A DNA stretch of 64,000 nt from a bacterium (GTDB taxonomy: Bacteria; Patescibacteriota; Minisyncoccia; Phycocordibacterales; UBA1006), in the NCBI GenBank assembly GCA_037144045.1, contig JBAWXN010000002.1, positions 150,875 through 214,874 on the forward strand, given 5' to 3'. This document shows positions 38,073 to 46,850 of the stretch, piece by piece. Below the pieces are notes generated by a model. The model saw only the letters and a list, made by a program, of their open reading frames with translations, was not told where the DNA came from and ran no database searches. Position 1 is the stretch's first letter, and each line of letters starts with the position of its first letter. The position numbers were made by a program, and so were the translations under genes.

Positions 38073-38831
38073 ATGAACTATAATGAATCACTTAAAAAAC
38101 TCGGGTTGACCGAAGACCAGTCACGTATTTACCTCGTACTTGTTCAGGTTCCTATTCTACCAGCTCGCCTTATTGCGAGTCAGTCAGGAGTGAGTCGAGA
38201 ACTAACGTATATTGTACTTGGGCAACTTGAACAAAAAGGCCTGGTGGAACGTTCAAGTCAGGGCAAGATTATTTTATTTCGAGCAAAGAATCCTGGGAAT
38301 CTAAAATCGTTAGTAGAGTATAAGAAAACGCGAGCAGTAGAAGCTGAGGAGGCGTACCAAACCGTTATTGGGAATTTGGTAAGTGATTTTAATAAAGGCC
38401 ATGGTAAGCCATTCATTCGTTCCTACGAAGGGTTAGATGGTCTGCAAAAAACGTACGATCACATTCTTAAGAAAGCAAAAACGGTATATGTAATTCGATC
38501 ATTATTTGATCATGAACACAAAGACGTACGTGCTCTGGTGGTTCAGCAATTAGCAGAACAAGCAAAAAAGGGAATACGGTCCTATGTTATTTCACCTAAG
38601 TTACCGCACATGAAGACTGAAAAAATAATACATAACCTAGAACGAAATATTACTAGAAAAGTGGTACCTTTAGAAAAGCTTGAACTACCATCCCAAATCA
38701 TTATTTATAATAATACCGTAAGTATTACTTCTCTTAAAAAAGAGATTGTTACAACGGTAATTGAAAACGAAGATATCGCGCAGACGTTTAAAAAGATATT
38801 TGATTATCTGTGGGATGCTGATAGTGAGTAA
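38073..38831 (+). CDS. TrmB-family transcriptional regulator
   Basis: LKKLGLTEDQSRIY, SGVSRELTYIVLGQLEQKGLV, YEGLDG, FDYLW. Confidence 0.88.
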   Translation: MNYNESLKKLGLTEDQSRIYLVLVQVPILPARLIASQSGVSRELTYIVLGQLEQKGLVERSSQGKIILFRAKNPGNLKSLVEYKKTRAVEAEEAYQTVIGNLVSDFNKGHGKPFIRSYEGLDGLQKTYDHILKKAKTVYVIRSLFDHEHKDVRALVVQQLAEQAKKGIRSYVISPKLPHMKTEKIIHNLERNITRKVVPLEKLELPSQIIIYNNTVSITSLKKEIVTTVIENEDIAQTFKKIFDYLWDADSE

Positions 38832-39052
38832 TTGATCCAGAAGCATCTTTTTAAGGATGTACAGTTGTTACTACGTGAGCAAATTATTTTGGAAATCGAA
38901 AGCCCCCAGTAAAGGGGGCTTTCTCGGAGGCCGAGGCCACTAATACAAGCTAGTTTACATTATTTAGTATTTTTATCAAATTAATAAAGAAGGTAGGTTG
39001 ATAAAAAATTTATAATTTGACTTTGCATAAAAACTATGCTAATATATAAAAC

Positions 39053-39166
39053 ATGTATTTAATCAATGCACAAATTTCATATCGATCAACTTGGACCCAT
39101 AATGTGGTTGTCCTTGGTGGTGCTTTTGATATGCTAAAAAGTTTGTGTATAGCTGATAGTTTTTAA
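39053..39166 (+). CDS. Putative 37-aa leader peptide (uORF)
   Basis: MYLINAQISYRSTWTHNVVVLGGAFDMLKSLCIADSF*; directly after promoter TTGACT-17-TAATAT (39017-39045). Confidence 0.45.
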   Translation: MYLINAQISYRSTWTHNVVVLGGAFDMLKSLCIADSF

Positions 39167-39187
39167 TGCGTTACTAAAACGCTTATT

Positions 39188-39221
39188 AAAAAACCTCAGC
39201 TGTACAAAAGCTGAGGTTTTT
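39188..39221 (+). terminator. Terminator/attenuator hairpin upstream of the ABC transporter
   Basis: aaaaacctcagct-gtacaaa-agctgaggttttt. Confidence 0.7.
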
Positions 39222-39262
39222 GTTTAGCAGAATTGATCTTTTCACAATTAAATAACATAGAT

Positions 39263-41032
39263 ATGATAGAGAAAAAACACACTAAACTTAGTTTAGAAAT
39301 GATTTTACAGGTTTGGAAACATTGGAAACCAACATTTAAAAAAAGTAAATGGAGCCTGTTGGGTGCGATGGTATTCTTTTCAGCATCGATGATATTGGAA
39401 GTTCTCATAAAGCCGTTATGCTGGAGGGAGGTATTCGATGGATTAGTTGCTAAGATAGATGTTTTGCCATATTTTTACCTTGCACTTGCAACGTCAATTG
39501 CTGCATTTATAATGTCGCGATTTGGTGACGCATCAATAGTGCTTGCGGAAACGCGCATTATTCGTAATTTAAAACATTACATTATGGAAGGATTGCTTGG
39601 TAAAAGTATGCAATTCTATACTGATCATTCTTCAGGAGGATTGGTAGCAAAGTCAAAACGATTTGCTGCTGTTTCCGAACAAGTGATTGATGAGTGTATA
39701 TTATCAATTATTCGTTCGATGATATTAATAGTATACTTCTTTATTTTTGTTGCTATCACTATTCCTAGTCTTATACCGGTATTTTTAATCTGGATTACGG
39801 TATTCATTTCACTGGTGGTTTTTATCACTAAGCGAAGGCTAAAATATGATTTAATGAGTGCTAATGCAGATTCGATAACCACGGGCTTCGTGAGTGATAC
39901 TTTTATGTCGGTGTTTACCTTGAGAATTTTTTCTTCGGTGTTTCGGCAGCTTAACGTATTTCAGGAAATAATTACTGAAGAAGAACGCAAGCGGAGAAAG
40001 TCTTGGTATATTGGTAATTTACAATGGGGTCTTCAATCAGTATTAGTGATACTTCTTGAATTCATTTGCATGTACTACGTACTCAAAGAGATTCACAATG
40101 GTGTTTACAAAGTAGGTATGGCCGCATTGGTGCAATCCTATATTGCATCTCTTGGGATGTATATGTGGGGACTAGGAAGAAGTCTTGTAAAAGTTCATAC
40201 CGCCTTTACTGATGCGTATGAAATGGCTGAACTTCTTGATCATGAATCTACTGAACCCATTAATCGTGGTGATGTATTTATTCCTCAGCATTATGGCATT
40301 GAATTAAAAAAAGTTTCATTTGGATACGATGCAGAGCAACCGATCCTTCGTAATTTTTCCTTTTCGTTTGAACCAGGAAGGAGTTATGGAGTAATTGGTA
40401 AAACAGGTTCTGGAAAATCTACACTAATGAAATTGGTTATGAAGTTTTATAATGCAGATAAGGGAATCATAACGGTTGGCAGTAGAGATATTGAGTCGAT
40501 TCATAAAAATACATTACGGTCATTTATTTCATTTGTTTCGCAAATACCTACTTTCCCAAGTATCACCATACGCGAAGTTATTGCCTTAGGTAATCCATCT
40601 GCTACAGAGCAGGAGATTATCAGTGCAGCAAAACAAGCATGTTGTGATTTTATTTGGGAAAAGCCATTAGGGTTTGATACAGTAATTGGAGAACGAGGCA
40701 TTAAGTTGTCAGGCGGCGAAGCACAACGCTTAGCCATCGCAGCTGCAATACTTAAAGATGCTCCTATTATTGTTATGGATGAACCAACGAGTGCCCTTGA
40801 TGCGGTTACTGAACGCGCTATTCAAAATGCGCTCAATACTTCATTCAAGGGGAAGACTATGATTGTTATTGCACACCGACTTTCAACGGTTGCGGTGCTT
40901 GATGAAATTATTCTCCTTGAACATGGTGAAATCGTGGATCATGGTTCCCATAATAAATTACTAGTGTCATCACAGGCCTACAGTGAAGCATGGGAACTAC
41001 AAACGAACCCACAAATATTTGTACATGAATAA
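39263..41032 (+). CDS. ABC exporter, fused permease/ATPase
   Basis: TM domain plus GKTGSGKST, LSGGEAQR, DEPTSALD, IAHRLST. Confidence 0.95.
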   Translation: MIEKKHTKLSLEMILQVWKHWKPTFKKSKWSLLGAMVFFSASMILEVLIKPLCWREVFDGLVAKIDVLPYFYLALATSIAAFIMSRFGDASIVLAETRIIRNLKHYIMEGLLGKSMQFYTDHSSGGLVAKSKRFAAVSEQVIDECILSIIRSMILIVYFFIFVAITIPSLIPVFLIWITVFISLVVFITKRRLKYDLMSANADSITTGFVSDTFMSVFTLRIFSSVFRQLNVFQEIITEEERKRRKSWYIGNLQWGLQSVLVILLEFICMYYVLKEIHNGVYKVGMAALVQSYIASLGMYMWGLGRSLVKVHTAFTDAYEMAELLDHESTEPINRGDVFIPQHYGIELKKVSFGYDAEQPILRNFSFSFEPGRSYGVIGKTGSGKSTLMKLVMKFYNADKGIITVGSRDIESIHKNTLRSFISFVSQIPTFPSITIREVIALGNPSATEQEIISAAKQACCDFIWEKPLGFDTVIGERGIKLSGGEAQRLAIAAAILKDAPIIVMDEPTSALDAVTERAIQNALNTSFKGKTMIVIAHRLSTVAVLDEIILLEHGEIVDHGSHNKLLVSSQAYSEAWELQTNPQIFVHE

Positions 41033-41063
41033 TTACATAATCTGGTAACACCAGTAAACCACC

Positions 41064-42941
41064 TCATTGCGAGGTGGTTTTTTTATAATGACTTAAAAAG
41101 AGTACCCCAAGGTCTCGTTGTTCGTGAGTACGTTCTAATATTTTTAAGTAACGATCGAGTGGTTCGATAAGAAAAAGGGTGTCTTCTAAAAATTTGAGTT
41201 GCGCTACAGTAGTTCTCGCTTGCTGAATAAGGAGAATGAGTTCCTGGTAGAGGTCATCAAATACGTGATTCCAAAACAAATGGTGAAGCGTTGTTTTTTC
41301 AGCCGAGAAATTGAGTACGGTACAGATATTGTTTTTTCTGTAGCGATTAATAATTTTTGCAGTAATTGGGTTAATATATCCACGCTCTAAATCTGAATAC
41401 CAGTCGTGCATGTCATCAAGGGTTTGTTTTACGGTAAGAAGATTTTGAAAATAATCCTTTATCAATGCTACAAAATGATAACTATGAGTAATAGGTAACA
41501 GTAATGTAAGAGAGATGGGCCCCAGAGCTATTCCTATAGATTTTTTCGAAGACTGAATGATAGGCTGCAATTTTTCTTGAAAAAGAGTTAGGTCTAAACA
41601 ATTTCCAACAATGAGAAATGTGTGATTAGTAATTTCCTCGAGGAGTGATTCATTAATGTCATAGAAAAGGCTTTGAATAACAGTTGCATCACTTGATCCA
41701 AATAATACTGAATACACGAGCTCTTGAGAGAGGAGAATACTTGTCGTTGCAAGAGGGAGTCGTTCTACGGGTGACTCGTGATCAATTATTTCGTCTTGAA
41801 TAGTAAAGCCGATCCAACCAAGGAGTGTAGAAAGACATAAGGTGTGAATAGTTTCGTGGCTAATAGTGTCGCGATAGTTTTCATTGAGGTTAGTATAAAA
41901 GGTGTAAGGAATAAGGAGTTCTCTTGTTGAGTGGGTGGTTGTGAGCTGTTTCAGTGCCTCTAATATTTTTTCCTTAAGGAGTGGTTGCCCAATTAATAAG
42001 CTTTCCAAGATTAATAAGGATTCATTAAGAATAGATTGAGTAGTATCTATTCTGTGTTCTGTCTCAACTTGCGGGGTGCTGGTGAGTAGGTGCACCTGTA
42101 GTGCTATTGCCAATTCAAAAGCTGCGCAGGTACTGTAAATAACTTCTCCGTTATTAATTTTTTCAATGAAGAAAGGATGTAGGCTTGAATGACTAAGGTG
42201 GTGTTTAGTAGAAACATTTTTTATTGAAGAGTGTCCCAAATTATGAAATAGTATTGTGAGTAAATGGTGCTCCAGATCATTTGCAGGTTCAATGAGTTTC
42301 GGGTTATTAGTAATAGTTTTTGTAAGCTCATCTTTCAATAATGACGGGAGGCATTCAGACAAAAAATAAATAACAATAATGGTTTTATAGTAGTACTGAG
42401 AAGTAAAATCTAAGCTGATAATTTTTTCTCTAAAATAGGTTTCGAGTTGAGGCAGGAATATTCCTTGCGAGCCAAGGAAGCGATAAATATTTGCGTTAGT
42501 AACTATATCAACATTATCCCAGTTAGTGAGATTAGTTATCCAAGTTTTATAAGGCCCACCAGGGATTGTTTCTTGATTAATAAGGAGATTGGTTATTGAT
42601 ACGAGGAACTCAGGAGTGATGAAAGATTTGTCATGGAGGGTAATTGCAGTAATGACTAAAAAAGTATCATCGAGGTCGTCTGGATAAGGAGAAGTATTTT
42701 TTCTTGCAATATAATTCCATGTACTCGAAACACTCATTTCTTGTTTGAGAAATGAAAGACTGTTTTGGATAATGGTTTCTTTTGTGGGCGAGGTAGGTAG
42801 TTTTTCTAAAATAATAATAATGAGTGCTGTATAGTAAACACTTTCACTGGATGGCCCATAAGGAATTGTTGATTGAGAAAAACTTCCGTCGTTGTTTTGT
42901 AATTGACTTAATTTATTAATAAGCTGTTCGTAGGTATTCAA
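41064..42941 (-). CDS. Two-domain isoprenoid enzyme: class II terpene-cyclase/prenyltransferase-beta-like N-domain plus isoprenyl-synthase-fold C-domain
   Basis: QNNDGSF QW-like motif, YPDDLDDT (DxDD), GGPYKTW; C-half IQDEIIDHE and QTLDDMHDW Asp-rich motifs. Confidence 0.75.
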   Translation of the reverse strand: MNTYEQLINKLSQLQNNDGSFSQSTIPYGPSSESVYYTALIIIILEKLPTSPTKETIIQNSLSFLKQEMSVSSTWNYIARKNTSPYPDDLDDTFLVITAITLHDKSFITPEFLVSITNLLINQETIPGGPYKTWITNLTNWDNVDIVTNANIYRFLGSQGIFLPQLETYFREKIISLDFTSQYYYKTIIVIYFLSECLPSLLKDELTKTITNNPKLIEPANDLEHHLLTILFHNLGHSSIKNVSTKHHLSHSSLHPFFIEKINNGEVIYSTCAAFELAIALQVHLLTSTPQVETEHRIDTTQSILNESLLILESLLIGQPLLKEKILEALKQLTTTHSTRELLIPYTFYTNLNENYRDTISHETIHTLCLSTLLGWIGFTIQDEIIDHESPVERLPLATTSILLSQELVYSVLFGSSDATVIQSLFYDINESLLEEITNHTFLIVGNCLDLTLFQEKLQPIIQSSKKSIGIALGPISLTLLLPITHSYHFVALIKDYFQNLLTVKQTLDDMHDWYSDLERGYINPITAKIINRYRKNNICTVLNFSAEKTTLHHLFWNHVFDDLYQELILLIQQARTTVAQLKFLEDTLFLIEPLDRYLKILERTHEQRDLGVLFLSHYKKTTSQ

Positions 42942-42945
42942 TGAA

Positions 42946-44376
42946 TTACTGATGGGGTATTGGGATAATTACTGAAAATGTAGTTCCATTATAAGTATCA
43001 CTAATAAATGATATCGATCCTTTGAATACTTCTTCAACAATATTCTTAACATGAGAAAGACCCAGGCCGTTGCCTTGAGGTTTGGTAGTATACAAGTGCG
43101 TAAAAATTGATTGCTTGTGCTCGGGGGTTATTCCCGATCCGTAGTCGGTAACAGTAAAAACCATGTGGTTTCTTTGTTTCATGAGTGAAACGATGACCAC
43201 CTTTTCTTGGGTTGTTGTTCCATGATATGACTCAATTGCATTAGTAATTAAATTGAGAGCTATTTGATAGAAAAGAAATGGTGAACCTTTAAATGAGAAG
43301 TCTTTACTATGGTCATTAAATGTAATGACCACTGATGCGATACGGGCTTTATAGGTAAGAATATCGATAACATCCCTTACTTCATTACCAGGATAAAACA
43401 AAACTGAATTTGTTTCAGGGCGTATTTGTTTTCTTACCAATGAAAGTGCTTCACCCATACGTTTTGTACTACTTGCTATCTTTTGGAGGGGTGCTTTCAT
43501 TTCCAAGAACTCGTGATTCTTTTGGGATAGCTGATCCACGTGAGCAATAATTCCTGATAATGGGCTAATCAAATCATGAAAAATTCCAGTAGAGAGCCTT
43601 CCTAAATCAGCAAGATGGGTTAATTGAGTAACTTGCTTTAGCTGTAACTCTTTGAGTTCTTGAGTTCGTTCTTGTACGCGTAGCTCCAAGAGATTTCTTT
43701 CTTGAATGAGTTCTTGCTCAGATACCCTTGCGCGAGCGAGAGACTTTTCTGTTTCCCTATTTGCAAGCCAAGAGATTCCCACAATACATGCAAATATAAA
43801 ACACACTTCAAAAATGTCTTGTAATGATAATGGGTCATCCTGCCAGTAAAGGTGTAATGGAATAATGTGAGTAATTTGAAGCCAGGTAATACTACTAATT
43901 ATCCCAGAAAGAATAAGGGTTAGTAGTGCCCCAAAGCGCGTGGAAAATAAGATACTCGAAATGGTGATAATGAGAATCATGCCTAAAATAATCATAGGTA
44001 GCACAAAACTCCAGACATATACTGCATAGAGGGTTATTGCACTATAGATACCAATAAGTAACCAGGAACTAAGAGTGATAAAACCTTTACGAGACAGGTA
44101 GAGTAAGCTAGAAAAACCAATCGTTATCACGAGCAAAATAAGCGGTGATATTCCAGTGTAGGCGCGCAGAGTATTGAAGTAAGTTACTAATGAAGAAACC
44201 GTGAGTATAGTAATAAGACTGATAGTACCAACGAGAACCCAGTTGAGTACGTATTCCTTTCGTTGTATGTCTTCAGAGGTGCTTTTCGGTGTAATAAGAA
44301 GTTCATGCAAAAAACGAATACTGAGTATTCGTAGAATGATAGCGCTATTGTTTTTAAATAGGTTACGTAGATTCAT
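42946..44376 (-). CDS. Multi-TM sensor histidine kinase
   Basis: ~6 TMs; H-box FHDLISPL, NLITNAIES, DYGSGI, TTK..GNGLGLS. Confidence 0.95.
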   Translation of the reverse strand: MNLRNLFKNNSAIILRILSIRFLHELLITPKSTSEDIQRKEYVLNWVLVGTISLITILTVSSLVTYFNTLRAYTGISPLILLVITIGFSSLLYLSRKGFITLSSWLLIGIYSAITLYAVYVWSFVLPMIILGMILIITISSILFSTRFGALLTLILSGIISSITWLQITHIIPLHLYWQDDPLSLQDIFEVCFIFACIVGISWLANRETEKSLARARVSEQELIQERNLLELRVQERTQELKELQLKQVTQLTHLADLGRLSTGIFHDLISPLSGIIAHVDQLSQKNHEFLEMKAPLQKIASSTKRMGEALSLVRKQIRPETNSVLFYPGNEVRDVIDILTYKARIASVVITFNDHSKDFSFKGSPFLFYQIALNLITNAIESYHGTTTQEKVVIVSLMKQRNHMVFTVTDYGSGITPEHKQSIFTHLYTTKPQGNGLGLSHVKNIVEEVFKGSISFISDTYNGTTFSVIIPIPHQ

Positions 44377-44393
44377 TTTTTGCAACTAATAAT

Positions 44394-44498
44394 CTAACCG
44401 TTCCAGGGAAGAAATGTTTCACTGGTTAGTGCCAGTTGATCTGGTTGAGTAGATCGAGCTTGCGGATTCACAAGGAGTTCTTTGATAATGGAATTCAT
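44394..44498 (-). CDS. Unannotated 34-aa peptide, candidate ComX-like pheromone precursor
   Basis: MNSIIKELLVNPQARSTQPDQLALTSETFLPWNG*; single Trp at -3; own -10 (TATACT ~44552-44547); stop 17 nt before the kinase ATG. Confidence 0.75.
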   Translation of the reverse strand: MNSIIKELLVNPQARSTQPDQLALTSETFLPWNG

Positions 44499-44590
44499 AT
44501 AGTTCAGTGATAAGAAATTATGCGACTTCATAATTCCTGTACATTGAGTATAACGATGATAAACTCAATTTTTATATAAGAAGAAATAAA

Positions 44591-45286
44591 TTATTTTTCT
44601 GTATCGATTTTATAACCCCTTCCCGGAATACTGTGAATGAGTTTCTTTTTCTTTGGTAGTTCAAGTTTCTTCCTCAGATTAAGGATATGCATTTCAATAG
44701 TGTTTGATACAGGGTCGATGTTCATATCCCATACGTGTTCGGTGATAGAACCTCGAGAAACCACGGATCCTTTATTACGCATGAGGTATTCAAGGAGGGC
44801 AAATTCTTTCTTGGTAAGGTAAATAGATTTATGGGCACGAGATACCTTTTGGGTAGAAGTATCTAGGGTTAAGTCGTCGAGCTCAAATTGATTATGCGTC
44901 ATCGATTTAGGTCTCCTCAGGATTGCATGAATTCTTGCAAGCAGTTCGTCGAAGAAGAAGGGTTTAGTGATGTAGTCATCAATTCCGCGACCTAATGCTT
45001 TTACTTTATTCTCAACGTCGTGGGTTACTGAAATCATAATAATAGGAACATGCCTCCTATGTGCGTTAGGTTGATTACGAATTTCATTACAAATGGTAAT
45101 ACCGTCTTTCTTGGGAAGTGAATAGTCTAATAAGACGAGATCGTAATCAGAGGTTTTTGCAAGTTGCAGTCCGTGGCTGCCGTCATGAGCACAATCAACG
45201 GCAAAGCAGTTTTCGCGGAGTCGCTCAGTAAGGTATTCTGACGTATCGATATCGTCTTCGATAATTAATATTCTCATACCCTGCAT
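44591..45286 (-). CDS. OmpR/PhoB-family response regulator
   Basis: ILIIEDD, LLDYSLP, DDYITKPF, LTKKEFALLEYL, IPGRGY. Confidence 0.96.
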   Translation of the reverse strand: MQGMRILIIEDDIDTSEYLTERLRENCFAVDCAHDGSHGLQLAKTSDYDLVLLDYSLPKKDGITICNEIRNQPNAHRRHVPIIMISVTHDVENKVKALGRGIDDYITKPFFFDELLARIHAILRRPKSMTHNQFELDDLTLDTSTQKVSRAHKSIYLTKKEFALLEYLMRNKGSVVSRGSITEHVWDMNIDPVSNTIEMHILNLRKKLELPKKKKLIHSIPGRGYKIDTEK

Positions 45287-45384
45287 GATATAAAAATACC
45301 TATACAAATTCAACCCCACAAAATACCATTTCTTATAAAAGTTTATTTTTTCTTTATATTCAAAAATTTGCTAAACTAGGGTAT

Positions 45385-46188
45385 ATGAAAAAACTACTCG
45401 TCGGCCTTTGCGCCTTATTAATTATAGGAATAATGGCAACACCTGTGTTTGCTGCGACTACCCTTAAAAAGGGTGATAAAAAGCCGGTGGTAAAGAAGGT
45501 TCAGGAGGCTCCAGTACCAAAAGGTGCTACGATTTTGGTATATCACACGGTTGAGCCAAAAACAGATAAAAAAGAAGGGGTAATGCAAAAACACTATCAT
45601 ATTTTGCCAGAGAATTTTCGGGCACAAATGCGTTATTTAAAAGATAATGGGTATGCGGTAATTCCTATGAAGATCTACCTTGACCATATTAATAAAGGAA
45701 CTGAAATTCCGAAAAAGTCGGTTGTGCTTACATTTGATGATGGATGGAAGAATCAATATGATTATGCGTATCCCATTTTGAAAGAATTTGGATACACAGC
45801 AACTTTCTATATTATTACGGGAAGTACTGATGGAAAAACATATATGTCTTGGGATAATATTAGAGAATTGGATAAAGCTGGTATGGATATAGAATCGCAC
45901 ACAGTCACACATACCAATCTAGCTAAAGCCGACGAGAAAAAAATAGCAGATGAACTTACTCGTTCTAAAAAAACTCTTGAGGAAAAACTTGGACATAGTA
46001 TTTCAATGCTTGCGTATCCTTATTATGGAAACAATCCAGTTGTTCAAAAATTAGTTGCGGAGGCAGGGTACACATCAGCACGTGCAGGATGGACAAAGCT
46101 CGGTAATACGAAAGACACCTTGTTTATGCTGAAATCGCAAGAGGCAGTAAACAGTACCAACCCTTTTTTAAGTAAGGCAGATAAATAA
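45385..46188 (+). CDS. Secreted polysaccharide deacetylase
   Basis: ILVYH, LTFDDG, SHTVTH, AYPY. Confidence 0.92.
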   Translation: MKKLLVGLCALLIIGIMATPVFAATTLKKGDKKPVVKKVQEAPVPKGATILVYHTVEPKTDKKEGVMQKHYHILPENFRAQMRYLKDNGYAVIPMKIYLDHINKGTEIPKKSVVLTFDDGWKNQYDYAYPILKEFGYTATFYIITGSTDGKTYMSWDNIRELDKAGMDIESHTVTHTNLAKADEKKIADELTRSKKTLEEKLGHSISMLAYPYYGNNPVVQKLVAEAGYTSARAGWTKLGNTKDTLFMLKSQEAVNSTNPFLSKADK

Positions 46189-46196
46189 TAGTAATC

Positions 46197-46850
46197 ATGG
46201 AATCAATTATTGCAGTATTACAACATTGGATTCAGGTAGCTGGCGGGTTGGGTGTTTTTGGTGCGTCAGTATTTGAAGAAGTTTTTTCTATTATTCCATC
46301 GTCGGTAGTACAAACCGCAGCGGGAATATTTATTATGGCTGGATTGCCTATTAATGTAATGAGTGTTTTGAAACTCATCGTTCAGGTGGCAATTCCTTCA
46401 GCGCTCGGGGTAACCGTAGGTTCACTTGTTTATGTGTGGTTAGCGCGTAAATTTGGAATATTACTCATAGAAAAACATGGAAAATGGATTGGAGTTTCCA
46501 TGGGTCATATTAGAAAACTTGAGAAAAAATTAGAAAACTCAAAATGGGATGACGTGGTGTTTGTTTTTCTACGTGCGTTTCCAGCAGTTCCTGCAGTTGC
46601 ACTCGCGGTATATGCAGGAATTCTTGAAATGCCCTGGAAAAAATATATGGTACTTACATTTATTGGGGTATTTATCCGTGCAACCTTATTAGGATTTATG
46701 GGATGGATGTTTCGTGATTCATTTACTTACCTCAATGACCGAGTTTCTACGATAGCTACTGAAATACTCTTAGGGCTCCTGGTCATTGGTGTGGTGTACC
46801 TTGTTTTTTCTAAATATAAAAACTACTTCAAAACATATGGCAATAAATAA
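46197..46850 (+). CDS. DedA/VTT family membrane protein
   Basis: EEVFSIIPS, LRAFP, G.FIR. Confidence 0.8.
   Translation: MESIIAVLQHWIQVAGGLGVFGASVFEEVFSIIPSSVVQTAAGIFIMAGLPINVMSVLKLIVQVAIPSALGVTVGSLVYVWLARKFGILLIEKHGKWIGVSMGHIRKLEKKLENSKWDDVVFVFLRAFPAVPAVALAVYAGILEMPWKKYMVLTFIGVFIRATLLGFMGWMFRDSFTYLNDRVSTIATEILLGLLVIGVVYLVFSKYKNYFKTYGNK

Noticed and set aside
38924-38938. GGAGGCCGAGGCC after a terminator as a tRNA 3' remnant or att site
   Set aside because: Too short and no matching tRNA in the window
39263-41032. ABC transporter as the dedicated exporter of the 34-aa peptide
   Set aside because: Convergent orientation, separate promoter and leader, no C39 peptidase domain and no double-Gly leader; adjacency alone is not enough
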